A stretch of 64,000 nt of DNA, taken from positions 55,320 to 119,319 of the forward strand of contig CAWKHR010000009.1 in NCBI GenBank assembly GCA_963849395.1. The letters run 5' to 3'. Shown here one piece after another: positions 57,715 through 64,000 of this stretch. The position numbers were made by a program, and so were the translations under genes. The notes below the pieces were generated by a model that saw only the letters and a list, made by a program, of their open reading frames with translations, had not been told where the DNA came from and made no database searches. Position 1 is the first letter of the stretch. Each line of letters starts with the position of its first letter. This DNA comes from Candidatus Acidiferrales bacterium (GTDB lineage: Bacteria; Acidobacteriota; Terriglobia; Acidiferrales; UBA7541).

Positions 57715-60700
57715 ATGAATGATGCGTTCGGATCGCAATGGAGGAAGTGGGACTTACATGTCCACACGCCAGCCTCTATGTTTCACAACTATCCCGGAGT
57801 CGATGATGATGCGAAATGGGAATCGTTCCTAGTCGACCTTGAGTCTCTCCCATCTGAGTTCAAAGTAATCGGCGTGAACGACTATATTTTTATTGAAGGA
57901 TATAAGCGACTTAAAGAAGAAAAAAGCCGAGGAAGAATACCAAATATTGAGCTGCTCCTGCCAGTGATTGAATTGAGGCTGGACAAATTTGGGGGAACTG
58001 CTTCGCACTTTAGCAAAGTAAACTTTCATGTGATCTTTTCCGAAGAAGTCGATGCGGATTTAATCAAAGACCAATTTCTCGCGGGGCTCTGGACTGAATA
58101 TATCCTAGCGCCGCACTACTTGGAGCTAAAGAAGAGGTGGAAAGCCCATCCGACAAGGGACAGTATTGCTGACCTTGGTAAGCTCATCATTGAGAGCGCT
58201 CCAGAGGCTGAGCGCGCAAAATTCAGCTCTGATCTCGAAGAAGGATTTAATAGCCTCACCTTTGCTCAAGACCGAATTGTCGCAGCCTTAGACAAGCCAT
58301 ATTTTGAAGATAAGTATTTATTCGCAGTTGGCAAGACAGAGTGGGCCAATATTAAGTGGAATGACAACTCGATTGCTGACAAGAAGAACGTCATCAACAG
58401 CGTTGATATGGTTTTCACTGCGGCAGCGACCCCTGACGGCTGTCAGAGAAGTACCGCCAGCTTGAAGCAGCAAGCGGTCAATTATCGATTGTTTGACTGC
58501 AGTGATGCTCATTGGCCCTCGAGCTCGACTGACAAGGACAGAGTGGGGAATTGCTTCACTTGGATCAAAGCTGATCCTACTTTCGCAGGCTTGAAGCACT
58601 CGCTCCTCGAGTTTGATGACCGGGTCTTTCTGGGAGAATTGCCTCCCAAACTCAAGGAAGTTCACCAAAACCAAACACACTACATAAAGTCGATTACCTT
58701 TAGGAAGCTTGCAGGGTCGCCGCTTGATGAAGCTTGGTTTGAGGGAGAAATACCCATCAACCAAGGCCTAGTAGCAATTATTGGGAACAAGGGTAGTGGC
58801 AAAAGCGCTCTTGCCGATACGATTGGGCTTCTTGGGAACTCGCACCAGGACAAGTCTTTTTCATTCCTCAGTGAGGCCCGATTCCGTGACCCCAAGGACA
58901 ACAAAGCAAGGCAATTCGAAGCATTTCTAACGTGGGAGAGCGGCCCTGGCAAAACAAAGAGCCTAGATGCCCGAGTCGGACAGCAGGAAGTCGAGCTAGT
59001 GAAATATATTCCACAAAACTTCCTTGAGCTGATTTGCAATGAGACCGAAACAAAGCGCGAGACCGATTTTGATAAAGAACTTAAGAAAGTGATTTTTTCC
59101 CATGTTCCCGAGGAAGAGCGCCTCAGCCAAGACTCCTTAGATTCACTTCTTACTTTCAAGACCGGTGAGACTTACCAATTCATCGAGGCGCTCAGAGACG
59201 ATCTCCAAAAAATCAACCTGGGAATTGTGCGCCTTGAAGAAACGCAAACGCCTGAGTACCGCCAGCAGATTCAAAACAACCTTGAAACCAAACTAGAGCA
59301 ACTGAGAGCAAACGAGAGCATAAAACCTGTCCCGGTACCACCTCCTTCCGTCGATGCGAGCGAACAGGCGACCGCTTCGCTTCTAGCAACGATCGATGGC
59401 CACAAGAAGACTTTGTCTGAATTGGCGCGCGAACTTCAAAAGGCGAGCACTGAACGCTCTGAGGTTAATAGACTCATTGGTACGGCGAACAGAGTCATCG
59501 ACCGGATAGAAAACATCCGTAAGGCGATTGAGACTTTTAGGAAAGATTCCGCTGCGGACCTTAATGCGCTCGGGTTTGTGCTTGAGGATGTAGTGCAGGT
59601 GCGGGTAGACCCTGCACCTGTAATCGAAAAACGCACCACTCTCCTTGCGGCGAAGACTTCGCTAGATGATCTGCTCAGTCCTTCTAATACGGATGGCCTG
59701 CCTACTCTCATGGTCGGACTCGATTCCGCGATTACTTCGCTGCAGTCAAAGCTCGACGAGCCGAGCCAAAGGCATCAAGCTTACCTTAAGCAACTTGAAG
59801 AATGGACTTCAAAGCAAGCGGCAATAAGCGGGGATGAGTCTACTCCTGACACTCTCATTTATTTCAGAAATTTACTTGATCAAATTGATGAAATACCACC
59901 CAAACTCACAGAGTTAAAATCTGAGAGATTGGCAAAGTCTCGCGAAATATTTCAACGGATTTCTGGCCTCGCTAATACTTACCGAGAGCTATATCGAGCA
60001 GTTAAGGAATTCATCCAAAGACATCCCATCGCGAAGGATGAATTGCAGTTAAACTTTGACGTCTCCATTATAGACACTGGTTTCGAAAATAGATTCTTCG
60101 ATCAAGTGAGTCGCGGCGTTACTGGTTCCTTCTGTGGACTTGATGAGGGCCAAAAAATGCTTCGCGATCTTCTTAAAAAGGTCGATTTTAATAAATGGGA
60201 AAACGTAAAGGGTTTCATTGAAGAAATTCTGGATTACCTAGAGTATGACCGGCGGTCCGCCGAAAATGTTCGCGTCAGAATTGAGACACTGCTGCGCAAA
60301 GGCTACGGAGTGGCCCAACTCTACGACTACATTTTTTCGTTGGACTACCTTCAACCTAAATACACCCTAAAATTGGGTGATAAAGAGCTCTCTCAACTCT
60401 CGCCCGGAGAAAAGGGTGCCCTGCTTCTCATTTTTTATTTCTTGGTAGATCGAGGCCAAATTCCTCTAGTAGTTGACCAGCCAGAAGAAAACTTAGACAA
60501 CGAAACAATGTTCAAGCTCCTAGTACCCTGCCTGAAAGAAGCCAAGAATAAGCGTCAGGTCATAATCGTGACGCACAATCCAAACCTGGCGGTCGTCTCC
60601 GACGCTGAACAAATCATCCACTCCACTTTAGACAAGTCGAATAAGAATCGATTGACGTACACACCAGGGGCGCTTGAAAATCCTGTAATCAATCGGAAGG

Positions 60701-60774
60701 TGTTGGATGTACTCGAAGGCACAAGGCCGGCCTTTGACAACAGAGCTGGAAAATATTTGGAAGAGTCCGCCTGA
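57715..60774 (+). CDS. PHP-family phosphoesterase fused to Rad50/SbcC-like coiled-coil ABC-type ATPase (1019 aa)
   Basis: ATG 57715. WRKWDLHVHTPAS, GVNDYIF, VIELRLD, VNFHVIF (PHP metal-ligand pattern). Walker A GNKGSGKS 58783-58806, about 400 aa of heptad-rich sequence, LSPGEKG 60397-60417, Walker B LVVDQPEENLD 60466-60498, VTHNP. Markedly low G+C. Confidence 0.8.
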   Translation: MNDAFGSQWRKWDLHVHTPASMFHNYPGVDDDAKWESFLVDLESLPSEFKVIGVNDYIFIEGYKRLKEEKSRGRIPNIELLLPVIELRLDKFGGTASHFSKVNFHVIFSEEVDADLIKDQFLAGLWTEYILAPHYLELKKRWKAHPTRDSIADLGKLIIESAPEAERAKFSSDLEEGFNSLTFAQDRIVAALDKPYFEDKYLFAVGKTEWANIKWNDNSIADKKNVINSVDMVFTAAATPDGCQRSTASLKQQAVNYRLFDCSDAHWPSSSTDKDRVGNCFTWIKADPTFAGLKHSLLEFDDRVFLGELPPKLKEVHQNQTHYIKSITFRKLAGSPLDEAWFEGEIPINQGLVAIIGNKGSGKSALADTIGLLGNSHQDKSFSFLSEARFRDPKDNKARQFEAFLTWESGPGKTKSLDARVGQQEVELVKYIPQNFLELICNETETKRETDFDKELKKVIFSHVPEEERLSQDSLDSLLTFKTGETYQFIEALRDDLQKINLGIVRLEETQTPEYRQQIQNNLETKLEQLRANESIKPVPVPPPSVDASEQATASLLATIDGHKKTLSELARELQKASTERSEVNRLIGTANRVIDRIENIRKAIETFRKDSAADLNALGFVLEDVVQVRVDPAPVIEKRTTLLAAKTSLDDLLSPSNTDGLPTLMVGLDSAITSLQSKLDEPSQRHQAYLKQLEEWTSKQAAISGDESTPDTLIYFRNLLDQIDEIPPKLTELKSERLAKSREIFQRISGLANTYRELYRAVKEFIQRHPIAKDELQLNFDVSIIDTGFENRFFDQVSRGVTGSFCGLDEGQKMLRDLLKKVDFNKWENVKGFIEEILDYLEYDRRSAENVRVRIETLLRKGYGVAQLYDYIFSLDYLQPKYTLKLGDKELSQLSPGEKGALLLIFYFLVDRGQIPLVVDQPEENLDNETMFKLLVPCLKEAKNKRQVIIVTHNPNLAVVSDAEQIIHSTLDKSNKNRLTYTPGALENPVINRKVLDVLEGTRPAFDNRAGKYLEESA

Positions 60775-60975
60775 CTGCACTGTTTACAGAAATCCAGGTT
60801 TCGCTCGAAGGTGCCTATAATCGGCCAGCGTCAACTTTCTGCCCTCTAGTCCAGTATTAATACTATTCCTACTCAGTTAATCTGACATCGACCCGTACAG
60901 AGAACGCCACCTTCGCTCTTCCCTTCTCGGGCCACTAAACACGTGTCTCCATTTCCGCCCTCGCTTCTCCTTCAT

Positions 60976-61009
60976 TCTCTAGCCGGTGCTTGCAACCGGC
61001 AAGACGAGC
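60976..61009 (+). repeat. REP-D, truncated third copy (same orientation as left copy)
   Basis: tctctagc-CCGGTgcttgcaACCGGcaagacgagc; shares tctctagc, ccggtg, aaccgg blocks with 57490-57520. Confidence 0.6.
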
Positions 61010-61117
61010 TTGTCTCCAATTCTTGAACCTTGAAGTCTCAACTTCCGACCAACGCTAAACCTAGCCCCTGCTTCTCTCTTGCCCCGAGCGCTTTTCGCGA
61101 GGGATACATCCACTCCG

Positions 61118-61183
61118 CTAATTCCTTTCGTTGCCACTCTTACGCCGACCGCTCCCCTAACTCCTTTCCCTGCCACTCTTACG
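61118..61183 (+). repeat. 27-nt direct repeat pair (24/27 identical), 39-nt period
   Basis: ctaattcctttcgttgccactcttacg (61118-61144) and ctaactcctttccctgccactcttacg (61157-61183). Confidence 0.8.
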
Positions 61184-61200
61184 AAAAACCATCGTCGCAC

Positions 61201-61254
61201 TTTTCCATTTTCAATTTTCCATTTTCGACTTTCCCAACTCGCTTTTCCATTTTC
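61201..61254 (+). repeat. three perfect TTTTCCATTTTC 12-mers
   Basis: 61201-61212, 61215-61226, 61243-61254; ends 21 nt before ATG 61275. Confidence 0.85.
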
Positions 61255-61274
61255 GCTTTTCAAAAAGGACTGCA

Positions 61275-62396
61275 ATGAAATTCCTCGACTCCGTTCGTAA
61301 CTTCGCTTTCCCCCGCTGCGCCCATCTCTCCCCCTCCGGACGCCGCTGCTCCCAACCCGTCTGCTCCTCCAATCCCACTTTCTGTTTCATCCACTCCCCC
61401 AAGCCCGACGACGACCCCGCTCCCGACCAAGCCTTCCAGGCAGAACTCGCCCAATCCGCCGCCACTCTCGATTCTCCCGCCGACGTCCGCCGCATCCTCT
61501 CCAAACTTTTCGTCGCCGTCCTCGAAGATCGCATCCCCCTCCGCAAAGCCCGTCTCCTCAACGCCATGAGTCACACCCTCCTCCGCGCCCATCGCGAAAT
61601 CGCCTACCACCAGAAACTCAAGGACCAAAATCCCTACGAAGAACAAGACATCTTCGACGTCCCCCGCCCCATCCGCGACGACCCCGACCCCGTCCCCCCA
61701 CCGCAACTCCCCGCCACCCAAAGCCACAACTCCACCTCCTCTTACGCCGCCGCCCACAACTCCGCCTCTTCTTCTTCGTTGTCATCCCGACCGGAGCACG
61801 CTTCGTGCGCAGCGGAGGGATCGTGGCAAGTTCAATGCCCCACCACGAACCCAAAGAACCAAGCAACGCCTCAATCGTCCTCCACAAAAAAGGACGCTGC
61901 CGCATACGCGGCATCCTCAGTCGAGGTTCTTCCGTCCGAACAAGCTCTCAACTCCGGCACCACTGCTGCCAACAACGCGCTCTCTCGCCCCCAAAATCCT
62001 TCTTCCACAAAAATTTGCGTCGCCGGAACGGCGGTCTCCTCAGTTGAGCCTTTTCCGTCCGAACCAGCCTGCAGCCCCACCCTCGCCGATCCCTACAAAA
62101 TTGTTGGCACCCTGCGCATGCCCAATTCTTTTTCCGCCACTCCAATTGCCGTCTCCGAAACCGGCACGTTCAGCGACCCGTCACTTGAGCCATACTCGCC
62201 AGCCTCCGCAAAAAGCGAAGCGCCCCAATCCGCTACACGTCGCGAGCCTCCACCAAATCTCTCCCACCTTCGCCACTTTTATCCCTGGGATCCCACTCTT
62301 CCTCCAGGCACGCAAGATCCCTGGTCCAACATTCCGCCCGAATACCGCCCCGACAGCCCCCGCAGCCGCCGCAGATTTCGAGGCTCCAACCGATGA
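61275..62396 (+). CDS. Cys-rich N-terminal (C-x9-C-x11-C-x2-H) protein with long Pro/Ser/Ala-rich tail
   Basis: MKFLDSVRNFAFPRCAHLSPSGRRCSQPVCSSNPTFCFIHSP.., helical segment ..VRRILSKLFVAVLEDRIPLRKARLLNAMSHTLLRAHREIAYHQKL.., then about 240 aa of low complexity that reads through a REP-B copy. True C-terminus uncertain. Confidence 0.5.
   Translation: MKFLDSVRNFAFPRCAHLSPSGRRCSQPVCSSNPTFCFIHSPKPDDDPAPDQAFQAELAQSAATLDSPADVRRILSKLFVAVLEDRIPLRKARLLNAMSHTLLRAHREIAYHQKLKDQNPYEEQDIFDVPRPIRDDPDPVPPPQLPATQSHNSTSSYAAAHNSASSSSLSSRPEHASCAAEGSWQVQCPTTNPKNQATPQSSSTKKDAAAYAASSVEVLPSEQALNSGTTAANNALSRPQNPSSTKICVAGTAVSSVEPFPSEPACSPTLADPYKIVGTLRMPNSFSATPIAVSETGTFSDPSLEPYSPASAKSEAPQSATRREPPPNLSHLRHFYPWDPTLPPGTQDPWSNIPPEYRPDSPRSRRRFRGSNR
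61779..61830 (+). repeat. REP-B element (compact form) inside ORF 61275..62396
   Basis: ttgtcatcccgaccggaGCACGcttCGTGCgcagcggagggatcgtggcaag. Confidence 0.8.
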
Positions 62397-62462
62397 TCAC
62401 GGACTCAATTTCGATTATGAATTTCTGCACCACGTTGACACTTGCAGACAAACGTAGAAGCT

Positions 62463-62521
62463 CGTTTATTGTGCGGACACAAAACGTCCGCACGCACCGG
62501 TTGAAATCACCGGTGCTTGAG
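62463..62521 (-). repeat. REP-D: 59-nt double-hairpin repeat, right (inverted) copy
   Basis: cgtttattgTGCGGACacaaaacGTCCGCAcgCACCGGTtgaaatcACCGGTGcttgag. Confidence 0.85.
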
Positions 62522-62579
62522 AAATGTTCTTGGAGATGCGCGGAGGCGAAGATTCTAGGAAAGGAAGATAAGGGGAAAT

Positions 62580-62640
62580 CTTCCTCTGCGCTTCCTCTGC
62601 GCTTCCTCTGCGCTTCCTCTGCGTACTCTGCGCCTCTGCG
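62580..62640 (+). repeat. tandem 11-mer CTTCCTCTGCG x4 plus two degenerate units
   Basis: Perfect units at 62580, 62591, 62602, 62613; then tactctgcg, cctctgcg; a related CCTCTGCGTTA motif occurs inverted near 33525-33545. Confidence 0.85.
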
Positions 62641-62651
62641 TTATCTTTATT

Positions 62652-62691
62652 CTCAAAGAGAAGAGGGATCTCTCGCTCCGCTCGGGATGAC
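62652..62691 (-). repeat. REP-B/C-like element, inverted
   Basis: Minus strand reads gtcatcccgagcggagcgagagatccctcttctctttgag. Confidence 0.6.
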
Positions 62692-62816
62692 GGCGTAAAG
62701 CGTTAGACCCAAGACCCACACGCAATTACGGCGTGCGGGGCACCCGGCGGAATATTGGTGGGAAATGGCGGTACACTGAAGGCCCCCAGAGAAGTGTTGA
62801 GGCGAGGAAAGCTCCC

Positions 62817-63683
62817 ATGGAAAAGCGGAATGTGCGGAATTGGATTTATGACGTGGCGTTGGTTGGTCGGGCGGCGATTCGTAGTGTAACGATTTGTAGT
62901 TCGCTGATTTGTGTTGGAGTGATTTTCTTGGCGGGCGCGGGTGGAGTGGTTCGCGCGCAAGAGGCGCCACAGCCGCCGGTGCCTTCGACTCCACCGGTCA
63001 CGCCGAATCCTGGGCAGACGGCGCCGGAACCTGTGCCGCACCGGGCTGCGCCTTCACCTTCGATTCGGCCGGCTATGGAGTGGAAGCGGTTCGACTACAC
63101 CTGCGAGGGAGGCACGCCGCTGGCGGTGTATCTGCACAACCAGACGGTGAAGGTGAGCTACAAGGAGAAGCTGTACTTGATGCGCCAGGTGCCTTCGGCG
63201 GATGGCGGGCGTTATTCGGACGGGAAAGTGGTGTGGTGGAGCAAAGGCAACGGCGGATTTCTGCAGGCGGATTCGGCGGATGGCGACGGTGCGATGATGG
63301 CGAAAGATTGCAAGCTGGACAAGCCGATGAACGCCAGCGAGACACCGGGAACCGTGACTGGCACGGTAACGTACATGGTGCGCATGGCGCTGCCGTCAGA
63401 AGCGGCGGTGGATGTGCAACTGCAGGATGTGTCGCGGGCGGATGCCAAGGCGGCGGTGATTGCGGAACAGAAGATTACCGTGGGCGACCGGCAAGTGCCG
63501 ATTCCGTTTGAGTTGAAGGTCGATCCTGGGAAGATTGAGCCGAGTCATACGTACGCGGTGCGGGCGCAGATTCTGGTGGATGGGCAGATGCGATTTACGA
63601 GTCAGCAGGCGTATAACGTGTTGACCAAGGGGAATCCGGCGAAGGTGGAGATTGTGGTGAAGCCGGTGGGCGGGGAGAAGTAA
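62817..63683 (+). CDS. MliC-like (C-type lysozyme inhibitor) domain fused to YbaY-like lipoprotein domain
   Basis: FDYTCEGGTPLAVYLHNQTVKVSYKEKLYLMRQVPSADGGRYSDGKVVWWSKGNGGFLQ (MliC pattern), then GTVTGTVTYMVRMALPSEAAVDVQLQDVSRADA..IPFELKVDPGKIEPSHTYAVRAQILVDGQ (YbaY pattern). Confidence 0.7.
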   Translation: MEKRNVRNWIYDVALVGRAAIRSVTICSSLICVGVIFLAGAGGVVRAQEAPQPPVPSTPPVTPNPGQTAPEPVPHRAAPSPSIRPAMEWKRFDYTCEGGTPLAVYLHNQTVKVSYKEKLYLMRQVPSADGGRYSDGKVVWWSKGNGGFLQADSADGDGAMMAKDCKLDKPMNASETPGTVTGTVTYMVRMALPSEAAVDVQLQDVSRADAKAAVIAEQKITVGDRQVPIPFELKVDPGKIEPSHTYAVRAQILVDGQMRFTSQQAYNVLTKGNPAKVEIVVKPVGGEK

Positions 63684-63771
63684 GGAGACCCGGTCGTTGG
63701 GTCAGGTGGCGTTTACGTGGCTGTACTTCGCTGTGGTCGTCACTGACATTGCGGGGTTCTATACTTCACCA

Positions 63772-64000
63772 ATGGCGACCCCTTCCAGCCCGGCTCCGCG
63801 ACAGGTAGGTTTGTTGGTGCTCGAGGACGACCCGCGAAACGCCACAGCGCTGCGGCAGATTCTGGATTCGGAAGGCTGGCGGGTGCGCATCGTGCCCGAC
63901 CTGCAAATGCTGCATGCGGAATTGAAGACCGCGGAATATTCCCTGCTGATTGCGAATGTCGGATTGATTGGCCTGGATTCGCCGACGTTTCAGGTGATGC
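63772..64000 (+). CDS. receiver-like domain protein, 5' partial (runs off window)
   Basis: ATG 63772, MATPSSPAPRQVGLLVLEDDPRNATALRQILDSEGWRVRIV..EYSLLIANVGLIGLD; Asn where the phospho-acceptor Asp is expected, so possibly a pseudo-receiver. Confidence 0.5.
   Translation, partial: MATPSSPAPRQVGLLVLEDDPRNATALRQILDSEGWRVRIVPDLQMLHAELKTAEYSLLIANVGLIGLDSPTFQVM

Noticed and set aside
60979-61278. ORFs 60979..61275 (-) and 61030..61278 / 61079..61300 (+)
   Set aside because: They are composed entirely of the repeat mosaic, with repetitive peptide sequence (ENGK.., NSFRCHSY/NSFPCHSY).
62580-62640. Possible CRISPR array
   Set aside because: The 11-nt units are directly abutting with no spacers, there are only about 6 units, and no cas genes are in the window.

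Overview
High-G+C bacterial chromosome segment. The gene content (PEP-CTERM protein, DUF1501/DUF1800 pair, HTH+TolB-propeller proteins, PIG-L deacetylase, PagL-like OMP, dense REP-like hairpin repeats) suggests an Acidobacteriota-type soil bacterium, but this is inference only. I can support about 50 protein genes and one tRNA-Leu(CAG). I found no rRNA and no CRISPR array. Most of the window is ordinary housekeeping, envelope and signalling DNA: RNase R, an SPFH protein, response regulators, a SAM methyltransferase, a nucleoside hydrolase, an SDR, an APC permease, a hybrid histidine kinase, a radical SAM protein and a PAP2/haloperoxidase-like protein. Five things stand out. (1) At 57.5-61.0 kb a compositionally foreign single-gene insert encodes a 1019-aa PHP-phosphoesterase fused to a Rad50/SbcC-like coiled-coil ATPase. 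It is a candidate defence gene, either Ppl-like or a new variant. It sits between copies of a 59-nt double-hairpin repeat and is followed by a Cys-rich, low-complexity protein. (2) An intact 1.59-kb IS110-family element is present twice in inverted orientation (5495-7080; 25746-27335, the latter 104 nt from the tRNA). The copies are near-identical except for a 95-nt hypervariable patch in the long 3' non-coding arm, which is where IS1111-type elements encode their bridge/seek RNA. Two more IS110-family transposase genes and one remnant are also present. (3) There are low-G+C islets of small orphan ORFs at 0.4-4 kb, 15.4-18.7 kb and 23.2-25.7 kb. (4) At least six families of short interspersed hairpin repeats occur, some with compensatory stem changes. 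(5) Seven or eight genes have broken reading frames, mostly at short homopolymers, so they reflect either assembly indels or real decay. All family assignments come from motif recognition by eye; no searches were run.
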